A stretch of 49,017 nucleotides of DNA, taken from positions 1 through 49,017 of the forward strand of contig CAISZI010000012.1 of NCBI GenBank assembly GCA_903889905.1, read 5' to 3'. The DNA comes from Candidatus Wirthbacteria bacterium (GTDB lineage Bacteria > Patescibacteriota > CG2-30-54-11). Below the pieces are notes generated by a model. The model did not search any database, was not told the DNA's origin, and was given only the letters and a program-made list of their open reading frames with translations. Both the position numbers and the translations under genes were made by a program. Below, one piece after another: positions 36,960-47,480 of this stretch (positions are counted from its first letter, which is position 1; every line of letters begins with the position of its first letter).

Positions 36960-38710
36960 TACAATCGATAAAATATTTCCCTCTGATCGGGACTAGCCAT
37001 GGGAGGAGAACCCAGCAAAATTGTTAGTGTCGTTTCCAACTCTTTGCCTTGGTCCGCATAACCAAATCGGTCCAGATAAATACCGGCAAAGCCTTTATCG
37101 CGCAGTGCTTTGATCATGTCAATGGCAGGCAAAGCAGAAACCTGTGCAATCCAGGCATCCGCATCACGCCCCGTCACCGCGCCCGCACTCCAGCGCAATG
37201 TGCGTGAATGCAGATAGGGTCGCAATAAATCATAACTTTGCAGCTGATACAAAACTGGACTTTCTGGAAACACCGCGTACGGCAGCTCAAAAATCATGGA
37301 CTGCGCCGGGACTTGTGCCTCAATGTCACGCACAAATTGTGCGTCGTTGGCGTATGCCGTGTTGATGGAAGGATTTTCCAGGCGTGCGGCGGAAACATTG
37401 GCATAAGAATATGTCTGATCAAAAATTCCACCTGCCAACACCACAACAGCAACCACAAGCGTCACCCATGCTTGTCGACGCCTAAATAGCCGCTGCACCA
37501 CAGCGTCGACGATCACTCCGAAACCCAGCAAAGCGAAAAACCCAATAAAAACACTCAACCGATTGTAGGCGCGAATCATTGGCCCGATCAGCATCGCCAG
37601 CAATGTTCCCAGGCCGCCAATAGTTGCAAACAAAACAGCAAGTAGGGTAAAAATTGAAAGGATTTGCAGCAAAGTGCCTGAAAAATCGTCGTCCCGTTGA
37701 CGCCACCGCCCAAACAAAAGCCAAAGCAGCAGGAACAACAAACCGAGGCTGCCCACCACGCCCAGTGAGGCACTGTCATTTTCAGTAATCAGCGGAAACG
37801 TCCGATTGTAGTGGTCTTTGATTGCAGCGAGCTGTGGTATGCGGTGATTGGTAATGGGCAACACCAGTTGCATAATTTTTAGCCCCAAGGTTTCGGTTTG
37901 TGAAACGTACCGTTCTGAAACTGCCGCATTTTTTTCTTGTTGTGCGGTATAGAGCAAATTGGGAAGCAGTTGCGCGATAATGGCCATCGCCATCAAGCCA
38001 ATCAAACCCACCGCCAGCAACCACGGTTGTAAAGTCTTGGTTCGGCGCCAACCAATGATGCCGGCAGCAAAAAGAAACAGACAAGAAAAAAAGGCGTAAT
38101 AAATGCCTGCACTGGAGGTCAGCAAAACAATGATCAGACAGGCAATCAATCGTTTCGACATCGTTTTGGCAAACTTAAGCTCACCACGCGCAAGCCAATA
38201 AGTAACTAGAAACAACAACGGGATAATAAAGTAGCCGCTCAAAAACAAATGGGCTTCCCCGCGAAAAAAATGATAGGGCAAAAAAGCGAACAAAATCGCC
38301 ATTGTCCCCGCCATCCAGGTCGATAGCTGCAAGCGGCGCATGACAAAAAAAGCACTGACTGCCGCCAGCACAAATGTCAACAAAAAAAACAGATTCATCA
38401 CCAGCACCCAGCTATGACTGAAAATCGCTAGAAATTTGATCAAAACCAGATGCAGGTTGTCGACGGAAAACCAATCGTACAGATTCAAACTGCCCGGCGC
38501 CCCAAGTGACCCATTGTGCAGGTACCAGCCGTGATCAATAATACTTTTGACCGTCGCCGCTGACCAAAGGTTGTCGCTGCCGTATTCCAGGGGAAGCTGC
38601 AAAGCATGCCAGGAAAGCCGCAAGATAACCACCAACAATGCGACAACGACACCAATAAGCACAACATAAGTAACCAAACTCTTTGCCAAAATCTTATCTT
38701 TTGTCGACAA
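36959..38710 (-). CDS. Polytopic membrane protein, probable GT-C-fold glycosyltransferase
   Basis: About 12 TMs, D-containing first loop (YGSDNLW), FLPYHFFR, IRAYNRLS, periplasmic C-terminus; TTG start with AAGGAG RBS. Confidence 0.65.
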   Translation of the reverse strand: MSTKDKILAKSLVTYVVLIGVVVALLVVILRLSWHALQLPLEYGSDNLWSAATVKSIIDHGWYLHNGSLGAPGSLNLYDWFSVDNLHLVLIKFLAIFSHSWVLVMNLFFLLTFVLAAVSAFFVMRRLQLSTWMAGTMAILFAFLPYHFFRGEAHLFLSGYFIIPLLFLVTYWLARGELKFAKTMSKRLIACLIIVLLTSSAGIYYAFFSCLFLFAAGIIGWRRTKTLQPWLLAVGLIGLMAMAIIAQLLPNLLYTAQQEKNAAVSERYVSQTETLGLKIMQLVLPITNHRIPQLAAIKDHYNRTFPLITENDSASLGVVGSLGLLFLLLWLLFGRWRQRDDDFSGTLLQILSIFTLLAVLFATIGGLGTLLAMLIGPMIRAYNRLSVFIGFFALLGFGVIVDAVVQRLFRRRQAWVTLVVAVVVLAGGIFDQTYSYANVSAARLENPSINTAYANDAQFVRDIEAQVPAQSMIFELPYAVFPESPVLYQLQSYDLLRPYLHSRTLRWSAGAVTGRDADAWIAQVSALPAIDMIKALRDKGFAGIYLDRFGYADQGKELETTLTILLGSPPMASPDQREIFYRL

Positions 38711-38821
38711 TCAATCTCCTTGGATTAATTCCCTCAAAAAGATACTCCACTTGGGACATAATAAACAAAAAAGACCAATACGGTAAAAAAATCCGTCTCG
38801 ATCTTTGCCAAAAAAAACGCT

Positions 38822-39463
38822 CTAATTTTCCCGTTTTGCCTGGATTTTCTTTTTGACCTTTTTGACCCGATACAATTCTTCGCGTTCTCGCTCGCTGAGC
38901 ATGAGGTTGATGTAACGAATATCGGATTTGAGCTGTGGTAAAACGACGTTATCCAAAGCATTCACACGACGGCGGGTTTTCTGGATTTCCACGGCCAGAC
39001 GTTTGAGACGAATTTCAACGTCAGCAGCCTGCAAAATGGCCAGCAGCAAAGCCTGAAATTTGTCTGAGACTTCCTCGATACGGCTGCTCACGCTCACCGG
39101 CGAGACACCCTGGGCAATCAGACTGCGCGGCTCGAACAAGCTGGAGACGGTCGGCACCGCGAGTCCCATAATCTTTTCCTGACCAACCTCAATCGTGGTG
39201 TCGCTCTGTACCGCAAAGCTCGCGGACATCAGGTTGAACTTGCCATCGATGGCCTTGGCCAGGACGTGGGCATAGTTGGATTCAGTTGCCACCTGTTCGA
39301 CACGGTCGCGCATTTTGACCACGTCTTTCATGATTTCCATGAAACGCGCGATCAGCACATCGTTCTTCTTTTTCAAAAGATCGCGACCTTGACTGTCGGT
39401 CTGAATCTGGATTTTGCGGGCAATGAGTTCCGTGCGGGTGGCGCGGACGCGGGTAACGGCCAT
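38822..39463 (-). CDS. atpD: V/A-type ATPase subunit D
   Basis: TRTELI...GRDLLKKK, EIQKTRRRVNALD, EREREELYRVK. Confidence 0.96.
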   Translation of the reverse strand: MAVTRVRATRTELIARKIQIQTDSQGRDLLKKKNDVLIARFMEIMKDVVKMRDRVEQVATESNYAHVLAKAIDGKFNLMSASFAVQSDTTIEVGQEKIMGLAVPTVSSLFEPRSLIAQGVSPVSVSSRIEEVSDKFQALLLAILQAADVEIRLKRLAVEIQKTRRRVNALDNVVLPQLKSDIRYINLMLSEREREELYRVKKVKKKIQAKREN

Positions 39464-39469
39464 AAGTCA

Positions 39470-39485
39470 AAATACTAATAACTAA
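39470..39485. repeat. 16-bp sequence also present upstream of subunit A
   Basis: AAATACTAATAACTAA identical at 39470-39485 and 42789-42804. Confidence 0.85.
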
Positions 39486-39510
39486 ATTCTAAGGCCCAAA
39501 CGGGGAGGAA

Positions 39511-39618
39511 AAAATCCCCCTGCTCCCTCCCCTCCAAGGGTGACCCCTTTGGCCTTTACAAGGGGGTCGGATCTTGCCTCTCCCTTTGCTAAAGGGGAAG
39601 GTTGGAGGGAATTCTCCC
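39511..39618. repeat. Bipartite purine/pyrimidine palindromic element, copy 2, in the B-D junction
   Basis: GACCCCTTT..AAGGGGGTC then CTTGCCTCTCCCTTTGCTAAAGGGGAAGGTTGGAGGGAATTC; resembles 1666-1762. Confidence 0.75.
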
Positions 39619-40994
39619 TATTTCCCATAATACTGTTCAATCAGCGCCGGTTTGACTCTCTTGAGCTCTGTCTTGGGCAACATCGAAAGCAGCTTCCAAC
39701 CCACGGCCAGCGTGTCTTCGATGTCGCGGTTCTCATCCATCTGGTTCAGATATTCGTGTTCGAATTTATTGGCAAAATCGAGGTAAAGTTTGTCGGTTTC
39801 GGACAAACCTTCTTCGCCGATGATCGACGACAACTTTTTGAGTTCCACGCCACGCGCATAGAAAGCATAAAGTTGGTCAGCCACGCCACGGTGGTCGGCG
39901 CGCGTCTTGCCTTCGCCAATGCCGAGGTTCATCAGACGCGACAGCGAAGGTAATACGTTGATCGGCGGATTGATACCATTGCGGAAAAGTTCGCGGCTGA
40001 GCACGATCTGGCCTTCAGTGATGTAACCGGTCAGATCCACGATCGGGTGAGTGATGTCGTCGTCCGGCATGGTGAGGATGTCGAGTTGGGTGATGGAGCC
40101 AAGTTTGCCTTTGACGCGGCCGGCACGTTCGTAAAGGGAAGCGAGGTCGGTGTACATATAGCCGGGATAACCACGACGGCCAGGGACTTCTTCACGGGCA
40201 GCGGCAACTTCGCGTAATGTTTCGCAATAGTTGGTCATGTCGGAAAGGATGACGAGCACCTGCTTGTCGAGGTCAAAGGCCAGGTATTCAGCGGCAGTCA
40301 GCGCACAACGCGGGGTCAGGATGCGTTCAACGGAGGGATCGTCGGCCATGTTGAGGAAAAAGACGACTTTTTCAAAGGCACCACTTTCCTCAAAGTCTTT
40401 GCGAAACATTTCGGCTTCACGGAAGCTGAGTCCCATGGCGCCGAAGACGATGACAAAGTCTTCGCCACTTTTGACTTTGGCCTGGCGGATGATTTTGGCT
40501 ACGAGTTCGTTGGCGGGTAATCCAGAACCGGAAAAGATGGGGAGTTTCTGTCCACGCACCAGCGTATTCAGGCCATCAATCGCCGAGATGCCGGTTTGGA
40601 TAAAGTCAGCGGGTTGGTCACGCATGACGGGGTTAAGCGGTGAACCCATGACTTCAAGACGTTTTTGGATGGTGAGTTCCGGGCCATTGTCGATCAGTTC
40701 ACCACGACCGTTGAAGGTACGGCCAATCATTTCGCTGCTCACGGCTAGTTTGGCGACTTCGCCGGTCAGGCGGATTTTGGTGGTGGCAATGTCGAGGCCC
40801 TGCGTGGATTCAAGCACCTGGATCACGGCGAACTTTTCTGTGACCTCCAGGACTTGACCCAAACGTTTGGTGCCATCGGCCAGTTTGATGTGCACGATTT
40901 CGCCAAAACTGGCTTCCTGCAATCCTTCGGCGACCAGAATGGGGCCGGAGATCGACTGAATGGTCTGGAATTCTTTTTGCATCAAACTGTTCAT
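39618..40994 (-). CDS. atpB: V/A-type ATPase subunit B
   Basis: [45 protein letters not shown]. Confidence 0.98.
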   Translation of the reverse strand: MNSLMQKEFQTIQSISGPILVAEGLQEASFGEIVHIKLADGTKRLGQVLEVTEKFAVIQVLESTQGLDIATTKIRLTGEVAKLAVSSEMIGRTFNGRGELIDNGPELTIQKRLEVMGSPLNPVMRDQPADFIQTGISAIDGLNTLVRGQKLPIFSGSGLPANELVAKIIRQAKVKSGEDFVIVFGAMGLSFREAEMFRKDFEESGAFEKVVFFLNMADDPSVERILTPRCALTAAEYLAFDLDKQVLVILSDMTNYCETLREVAAAREEVPGRRGYPGYMYTDLASLYERAGRVKGKLGSITQLDILTMPDDDITHPIVDLTGYITEGQIVLSRELFRNGINPPINVLPSLSRLMNLGIGEGKTRADHRGVADQLYAFYARGVELKKLSSIIGEEGLSETDKLYLDFANKFEHEYLNQMDENRDIEDTLAVGWKLLSMLPKTELKRVKPALIEQYYGK

Positions 40995-42757
40995 TGGGCT
41001 CCCTCCAGGGCTGAAATTTGCGTTTTAACTTCGTCTTTGATCTTGTCCAGCACCGCTTTGTCGTGCGGATACGGAACTTCCTTCATGCGCGCCAACTGCT
41101 GTTTGATCGTGAGTGAGCGCAAGGCTTTGAGGCTGACCCCGCGATGCAAAGCTTCTTTGGCACTGCGATAATACTGCAGTAGAGCTTCGAGCATGGTGAG
41201 CTGCTTCGGTAGCGGCGTAAAGGCGTCGATCTCACTAAAAGCAGATTGCTGCAGATAATCTTCCTTGAGCATACGGCAGATTTCGAGGATGAGCTGGTCG
41301 CTCTCGGGCAACGAATCCGGGCCCACGAGTTGCACGATTTCCTGCAACGACTGTTCGGCCTGCAAGAGTCCCATGGCTTCCTGCCGCAAATCTTCGAACA
41401 CCGAGAAATGGTTGCGTTCATACCAGGGTTTCAATACGTTCAGGTAAAGCGAAAAACTCTGTAACCAGTTGATGGACGGAAAATGGCGTTGATAGGCAAG
41501 GTTGCGGTCCAGTGCCCAGAAGGCACCGGAAATGCGCAGACTGTTCTGGGTCATGGGTTCGCTGAAGTCACCGCCGGGAGGAGAAATGGCGCCCACCATC
41601 GAGACGGAACCGATGCGCGCTTCGGCGCCCAGCGATTTGACACGGGCAACGCGTTCGTAAAAGGCGGCAATGCGGGAAGCGAGGTAGGCGGGATAACCTT
41701 CCTCACCGGGCATTTCTTCCATGCGCCCGGAAATCTCACGCAAGGCTTCACCCCAGCGTGAAGTCGAGTCAGCAAAGAGTGCAACGTCATAACCCATGTC
41801 GCGGTAATATTCGGCAATGGTGATTCCCGTGTAGATGGACGCTTCGCGCGCCGCGACCGGCATATTGGAGGTGTTGGCGATGAGCACGGTCCGTTTCATC
41901 AGGGCGTCGCCGGTGCGGGGGTCCTGCAAATGTGGGAATTCGGTCAAAACTTCCGTCATTTCGTTGCCTCGTTCACCACAACCAATATAGACAACCACGT
42001 CGGCGTCCGAATATTTGGCCAGTGCCTGCTGCGTCACGGTCTTGCCCGAACCAAAACCACCGGGAATGATCGAGGCGCCACCTTTGGGCAGTGGGAAAAA
42101 AGTGTCCAGCACGCGTTGACCGGTAATCAGGGGTGTGTCCACGGCAATTTTTTGGTGAAATTTGCGTCCGATACGGATCGGCCAGCGCTGCGCCATGGCA
42201 ATGGTGGCGCCGTCCTCAAGTTCAGCAACCGTGTCACGGACCTTGAAAGAGCCGGATTTGATTTGGGCAAGCGTGCCTTCGGTACCGACCGGCACCATGA
42301 TTTTGTGCAGCACACCTTTGCTTTCGGGTACGGTGCCAATCACGTCGCCGGCCAGGACCTTATCACCGACTTTCATGGTCGCGGTAAATTCCCATTGTTT
42401 TTCCAGATCCAGTGCCGCCACCTGCGTCCCACGCGCGATATAAATACCAGTAGCTTCGGCAATGGTGGTGAGGGGACGTTCAACGCCGTCATAAATCGAA
42501 CCCAGCAGGCCCGGCCCCAGTTCAACTTCAAAGGGACGGCCGCTGTCCACGACCGGTTCCTGCAGGCGGACACCCGAGGTGTCTTCGTAAACCTGAATGG
42601 AAACAGTGTCACCACGCAGGCGAATGATTTCACCCACCAGCTTGAGATGGCCGACAAAAACCACATTGTAAAGCTTGGCAGCATGCAGCCCCTTGGCTTC
42701 GACCACGGGACCGGCAATGCGGGAGATGAATCCTTGCTTAACGTCTGTTTGGGTCAT
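40991..42757 (-). CDS. atpA: V/A-type ATPase catalytic subunit A (no intein)
   Basis: GGFGSGKT Walker [32 protein letters not shown]. Confidence 0.98.
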   Translation of the reverse strand: MTQTDVKQGFISRIAGPVVEAKGLHAAKLYNVVFVGHLKLVGEIIRLRGDTVSIQVYEDTSGVRLQEPVVDSGRPFEVELGPGLLGSIYDGVERPLTTIAEATGIYIARGTQVAALDLEKQWEFTATMKVGDKVLAGDVIGTVPESKGVLHKIMVPVGTEGTLAQIKSGSFKVRDTVAELEDGATIAMAQRWPIRIGRKFHQKIAVDTPLITGQRVLDTFFPLPKGGASIIPGGFGSGKTVTQQALAKYSDADVVVYIGCGERGNEMTEVLTEFPHLQDPRTGDALMKRTVLIANTSNMPVAAREASIYTGITIAEYYRDMGYDVALFADSTSRWGEALREISGRMEEMPGEEGYPAYLASRIAAFYERVARVKSLGAEARIGSVSMVGAISPPGGDFSEPMTQNSLRISGAFWALDRNLAYQRHFPSINWLQSFSLYLNVLKPWYERNHFSVFEDLRQEAMGLLQAEQSLQEIVQLVGPDSLPESDQLILEICRMLKEDYLQQSAFSEIDAFTPLPKQLTMLEALLQYYRSAKEALHRGVSLKALRSLTIKQQLARMKEVPYPHDKAVLDKIKDEVKTQISALEGAQ

Positions 42758-42888
42758 AAGTGATACTTCAGTAAGTTTTATAATTTCTAAATACTAATAA
42801 CTAATCACCAAAAGGAGGGAAACAATATTCACAAGCGTTAATTCAGGCTTCGTTTGACTGTTCGGATTTAGTGCTTAGAATGTTTCGC

Positions 42889-43218
42889 CTATCCTAACTT
42901 CAAATCAAATCCGATCGCCGACCGGATCAGTTTCTGCAGCATGTGCTGCTGGGCAACGCCCATTTTTAATCTCGAGCCCGAGGGGATCAAGATCAAAAGT
43001 GGGGTGACGATCGCAGCGAATTTATTGGTCAGCGCCTCGTCCACAGCTTCGCTGAAATCTTCGGACAGGGCGATCAGGCCAATTTGCTTTTCATCAATGT
43101 ATTTTTTCAGTTCGCGACGGGCATCGTCAAGACTCACCACCGCACAAACCTTGACGCCAGTCAGGCGAAAGCCAATCGCCGTTTCGGGATCCGTAATGAC
43201 CAGGACTTGTTTACGCAT
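42889..43218 (-). CDS. atpF: V/A-type ATPase subunit F
   Basis: VITDPETAIGFRLTGV, IRSAIGFDL; true start is the ATG at 43218 overlapping the subunit C stop. Confidence 0.92.
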   Translation of the reverse strand: MRKQVLVITDPETAIGFRLTGVKVCAVVSLDDARRELKKYIDEKQIGLIALSEDFSEAVDEALTNKFAAIVTPLLILIPSGSRLKMGVAQQHMLQKLIRSAIGFDLKLG

Positions 43219-44266
43219 AGACGAGCTCACTTTCGATACGGGATTTGGGCAGTCCCGATTTGAGGCCGTAGACAAGGATACGCAAATTCGCGCCTTCGTT
43301 GTGTTTGGCGTAGAGGTAAGCGAGCACGATTGCAATCGAGAGCGGATCCTGGCCAAAGAGGGAGATCTGTTCCTGGATGCGCAACTTCTCCAGTCCGCGG
43401 ATCAAACTTTCTAACGAACCATCGACATGCCCCGCGACAAATTCGCCATACGCGCCACGTTTGAGAGCTCCTGCCGCGGCCATCATCGCTTCCTTGAAAC
43501 TGTGCCGATTCAGGTAGTCAGCATAAGGTGTGGACTGACGCTTGGGGAGAGGCAGGAAAAAACTGATTTTCTGCGCCAGTGGCATGGTTTCATGATAGAG
43601 CCGGGCCAGGAGTAATACGTTGACGACATGGATTTCGTTGATCAGCCAGGCGTGCACGATCTCCTGGTCTTCACTGCTCTGCAGCTCGGTTGCAGCACGC
43701 TCGAGTTCGGCATAATAATCGCGGTCCAGTGCAAATTCGAGTGGAAACAGGGAACGGGAACTCTCGTATTGCGGCAGCGCGGCGCGCAAAACTTTGGTAT
43801 AGGGCGAGCGCATACTGCCGAGCATCTCAATCAGCTGGCGTGCATCATGTGTTTTGGCCAGTTCAGCCAGCACACTTTTGTGCAACTTACCCACGGCGTA
43901 CAAATTCTCAACCACAGCGCTGTCCATGACACCGGAATGCTGGGCGCGCAGGATGGTTTTGATATCGCGGATCTCCCATTTACGCAGCCAGACTTCGATC
44001 ATGTGTTTGCCGTCTTCGTCCATCATGTCGCGAATTTGCACAAACTTTTTGAGCACGTTTTTGCGGATACCTTCCTCGACACCCTGGGCGCCGTGGTAAA
44101 GGTGCAAACCCTTTTCGATGTCCGGCCCATACGCAGTTTTGGCCAGGTAACGTGCCACATCGTCGGCATCCTTGCCATCCGCGAGCATGGCCAGATCGGC
44201 GGGCGTAATCAGCTCGCTTTGCATGGCCCGGATGCGGGCATTGATATAAGGGTAATTACTGGACAT
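43211..44266 (-). CDS. atpC: V/A-type ATPase subunit C (d/AC39 family)
   Basis: YPYINARIRAM, LEFALDRDYY, EGANLRILVYG; operon position. Confidence 0.92.
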   Translation of the reverse strand: MSSNYPYINARIRAMQSELITPADLAMLADGKDADDVARYLAKTAYGPDIEKGLHLYHGAQGVEEGIRKNVLKKFVQIRDMMDEDGKHMIEVWLRKWEIRDIKTILRAQHSGVMDSAVVENLYAVGKLHKSVLAELAKTHDARQLIEMLGSMRSPYTKVLRAALPQYESSRSLFPLEFALDRDYYAELERAATELQSSEDQEIVHAWLINEIHVVNVLLLARLYHETMPLAQKISFFLPLPKRQSTPYADYLNRHSFKEAMMAAAGALKRGAYGEFVAGHVDGSLESLIRGLEKLRIQEQISLFGQDPLSIAIVLAYLYAKHNEGANLRILVYGLKSGLPKSRIESELVYA

Positions 44267-44277
44267 AAACAGCCTGT

Positions 44278-44859
44278 TTAACCAAACAAAGTCACGGCAA
44301 TCTGCTCCAGCAGCACGGGTTTGACGCGTTCGAGACGGGCAGCAAAGGTGTTGTCGATGATTACTTTGCCATCGTCCGAGGCATAAATCAGCCCATCTTC
44401 AACGCTTTCGTCAGGGATCACCCTGAGCGCCGGGGCGGTTTTACCAACGAGCAATTTTTGCACTATCCGCTGATCGCCCGGATGCATACGGATCAGACCC
44501 GGCAGGGTGACGACGGTCAACACTTCGCGGCAAAGGTTTTCGATGACCCCACTGCGTTGGCCAGATTGCAGCAGCGCTTTGAGTTCTGCCTGAGCGGCCA
44601 CCAGCACGGCTTCCACCGCCTGCTGCTTCACGTCGACAGCGGAATAGGTCGAGGTTCGGTTGGCCTTGCTCAAGGTACGGGTCGCATCCAGACGCTCGGC
44701 TTCCTGTTGCTCACGCCACCACAGTTGACGATTGGCAGTGACAATTTTTTGCGCGTCCTGGGTGATTTTATCCGCCTCGCGCTGTGCCTGGTGCACCACC
44801 TGTTTGTCTTCATTGGCTCCGGACGTTTGGATCGCCCCTAAGAGCAGATCAAGATTCAT
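44278..44859 (-). CDS. atpE: V/A-type ATPase subunit E
   Basis: N-terminal coiled coil, GLIYASDDGKVIIDNTFAARL; operon position. Confidence 0.9.
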   Translation of the reverse strand: MNLDLLLGAIQTSGANEDKQVVHQAQREADKITQDAQKIVTANRQLWWREQQEAERLDATRTLSKANRTSTYSAVDVKQQAVEAVLVAAQAELKALLQSGQRSGVIENLCREVLTVVTLPGLIRMHPGDQRIVQKLLVGKTAPALRVIPDESVEDGLIYASDDGKVIIDNTFAARLERVKPVLLEQIAVTLFG

Positions 44860-44874
44860 GTTGCCACCTAATGT

Positions 44875-45102
44875 TTAGAGCACGGTAATAATCATGGCTG
44901 CCACCACAAAACCCAGGATGACAATGATTTCAGGCAGGGCCACGAGCACAAGCACCAAGCCAAAAACGTCTTTTTTCTCAGCCACAGCACCGGCTGCAGC
45001 CGCACCGATTTTGGACTGGGCCATGCCTGCGCCCAAACCGGCGATACCAATCGCCAGAGCCGCCCCAATGGCTTTACCGATGACAATCAACGCTGCGTTC
45101 AT
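44875..45102 (-). CDS. atpK: V/A-type ATPase proteolipid subunit K/c (single hairpin)
   Basis: 75 aa, two TMs, AQSKIGAA and ALPEIIVILG with the ion-binding Glu. Confidence 0.95.
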   Translation of the reverse strand: MNAALIVIGKAIGAALAIGIAGLGAGMAQSKIGAAAAGAVAEKKDVFGLVLVLVALPEIIVILGFVVAAMIITVL

Positions 45103-45106
45103 GCCT

Positions 45107-47047
45107 TTACTCCTCTTTTAAATAACCAAATGGACTATAGGGAATACCGCCACCTTCGTGGAATTTACCAAAAAATTCGACTACATTAAGACGGATAGAA
45201 TGGATCGTCGGGCTAAACAGGATAACAACAAAATTCAAGGTGTGCAGCAGCAGTGCCACGATAATGCCCACCACAGGGCTGCCCAAAGCACCCGCAAGCT
45301 GGTTGGCCACATAAGCCAGAACCGCACCGGCAAGCCCCACCGCCATGAGACGGGAATAGGAAAAAATATTGGATATGACGCTGACAATTTCCAGCACGCC
45401 CATGATGCCAGCGCTCCAAATCAGTGCGCCAACGCCAAGCACCGCCAAACCAATCGCTACCAACATGCCCCAGGCAGGCAAAAAATGCAACGCTGCGGCA
45501 GCCGAAAGTCCGATCGCCGCCAGGGCCAGCAACATGCCGACTTTTTCGACCAGATGTTTGACGCCATGGCCGTGCTTGATCAGTTGATACTGGTTAACAA
45601 TACCGAGGACAAAACCAAACACGACATGAAAGGCGCCCACGCCAATGCAGATCAATAAGAGTGGCATCATCATTTTCATGCGGTCAAATGGCCAGGGAAA
45701 ACCAAAGAAATGCCAGAATTCTTCGCCAGCTGGCAATGGAATCCAGTGGAAGCGTGTCGGCAGGTCGCCAAAAAATTCGCCAAACAGAACGCCAAACAGC
45801 AGGGACGAGATACCGCCATAGAGCAGGATGCGGCTCGCCATGTGGCCAACGGCGTTCTTGAGTTTGGATTTAATCAGCAGCGCCAGACCAAGGATAAGCA
45901 AAGCATAGCCAACGTCGCCCACGATCAGGCCAAAGAACAGAGTAAAAAACACACTCACCAGTCCGGTCGGGTCGATCAGGCCATACTGCGGCAGGCTGAA
46001 CATGTCGGTAACAAATTCAAACGGTTTGCTGAAACTGTTATTGCTGAGCTGGATCGGCGGTTCATCGCCATGCTCGATCTCGGTGCGGGCCACAAATACC
46101 TGGCCCTGGAAACGTTTTTCGATGTCATGTTCAAACTTGCCAAACTTCGCGGCCGGCACCCAGCCAATGGTGACAAAGGTGTAATCACTTTCAATCCATT
46201 TTTCCATGGCTGCCATTTGCGTGGTTGCGGCAATCGTCAGCTTGCGTGCCCCGGCCAGTTTGCTGACAAAGGCATGCCCAAGTTTGTTGAGTTCAACTTC
46301 CGCGGTTTTAAGCTCCTGCGGAATGGACTGCAATCTGGCTTCCATCTCCGTCAGTGCCTGCAAAAAAGGCAATTTGGCATAGGTTTCAGGCAGTCTCATT
46401 TCACTTAATTTCTGGTTCGCCAGATGGTCATGCAGCTTGCTTTCAGCAGCAGCCGGATAAGCCAGCACCAGGGCGACGCTTTTGTCGTCCAGGAGCAATT
46501 TGCGGAATTCAAAATCCCCGACGTGTTCTGTCATCCAGGCAAGCAGAATTTCTTCCATGTCGGCATGATGGCTTTCCAGGATTAATCCGCGCACCGCATA
46601 GCCCTGCGGGATCGCCCAGGCGGTCAGTAACCCTTTAAACTGTTTCAAAAAATGGTCGTAAGTGGCCAGCAGCGCTTCGCTTTGTTTCAACACTTCAATG
46701 CGTTGCGATACCGGGGCAATCTCGAGTTCAGCTGGTTCCACAATCGCGACCAGCGCCTTAAGCAGTTCGGCCCCGTGCAGTTCGTGCAAATGTTTGTCGA
46801 TGTGCACGCCATGTTTACGAGTACCCAACACGCTGAGCAATCCACTCAAGCGCAAGGTCAGGTTTTCAAACTGCTCCTTCAGCTCACGCGTGGCCGGTGC
46901 AAGTTCGACTTTTTTAAATCCCGAGGGATAGTTATCACTCTGCAGATCCACAAGATGCAGCAATTGCTCGCGAAAAAGGATGTTCAGCAATTCACTTTGC
47001 AGCGTCTTGGGTGCAGCGATAAGCACTTTTTGCATGGGGACAATCAT
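45107..47047 (-). CDS. atpI: V/A-type ATPase subunit I/a
   Basis: DPTG...FFGLIVGDVGY, FSYSRLMA (essential Arg), RLNVVEFFGKF. Confidence 0.97.
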   Translation of the reverse strand: MIVPMQKVLIAAPKTLQSELLNILFREQLLHLVDLQSDNYPSGFKKVELAPATRELKEQFENLTLRLSGLLSVLGTRKHGVHIDKHLHELHGAELLKALVAIVEPAELEIAPVSQRIEVLKQSEALLATYDHFLKQFKGLLTAWAIPQGYAVRGLILESHHADMEEILLAWMTEHVGDFEFRKLLLDDKSVALVLAYPAAAESKLHDHLANQKLSEMRLPETYAKLPFLQALTEMEARLQSIPQELKTAEVELNKLGHAFVSKLAGARKLTIAATTQMAAMEKWIESDYTFVTIGWVPAAKFGKFEHDIEKRFQGQVFVARTEIEHGDEPPIQLSNNSFSKPFEFVTDMFSLPQYGLIDPTGLVSVFFTLFFGLIVGDVGYALLILGLALLIKSKLKNAVGHMASRILLYGGISSLLFGVLFGEFFGDLPTRFHWIPLPAGEEFWHFFGFPWPFDRMKMMMPLLLICIGVGAFHVVFGFVLGIVNQYQLIKHGHGVKHLVEKVGMLLALAAIGLSAAAALHFLPAWGMLVAIGLAVLGVGALIWSAGIMGVLEIVSVISNIFSYSRLMAVGLAGAVLAYVANQLAGALGSPVVGIIVALLLHTLNFVVILFSPTIHSIRLNVVEFFGKFHEGGGIPYSPFGYLKEE

Positions 47048-47123
47048 GGCAGGACCCTATTTAAAGTGAGTCGCGGTTGGCGTTTAAATGGGGATTTTTA
47101 ATGTTTATTTTTGCCTGCAGTAT

Positions 47124-47444
47124 CTAACTCGCCTGAGGCGGGAGAATTGTCGCAATCACTTCCTTGACGGCCTGATCAAAATGGCGCTTGGACTGTTCCT
47201 GGAGTTGTTCGATTTTGTGCTTGGAACTGATTTCAATGTGTTTCACCTGATCATCAATTTGCGGGTGTGCCGCTTTGGTAACTTCGGGTCGTTTGGCGCT
47301 TTGCCGAACGTCTTCAGCGGATTGGGTCCGGGCATCGGCCAGTGCCTTTTCTGCCTGTTTGTGGGCAGCCTGGTGCGCTTTCACCGTTTGTTTTTCCGTG
47401 CTTAGGATTTGCTCGAGGATGTGTGCTTTCGCCGGTTCTGCCAT
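47124..47444 (-). CDS. atpH: V/A-type ATPase peripheral stalk subunit G/H
   Basis: 106-aa coiled-coil protein, first gene of the operon, GGAG RBS. Confidence 0.8.
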   Translation of the reverse strand: MAEPAKAHILEQILSTEKQTVKAHQAAHKQAEKALADARTQSAEDVRQSAKRPEVTKAAHPQIDDQVKHIEISSKHKIEQLQEQSKRHFDQAVKEVIATILPPQAS

Positions 47445-47480
47445 GGTGACGGTTACTCCAAAAAAATGATCCGCATTGCC

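Noticed and set aside
40991-42757. Intein in ATPase subunit A (also checked RecA)
   Set aside because: Both cores have normal length and contiguous motifs
41930-46408. Long plus-strand ORFs opposite the ATPase genes (e.g. 41930-42763, 43628-44281, 45710-46408)
   Set aside because: Antisense shadows of well-supported genes with no independent motifs
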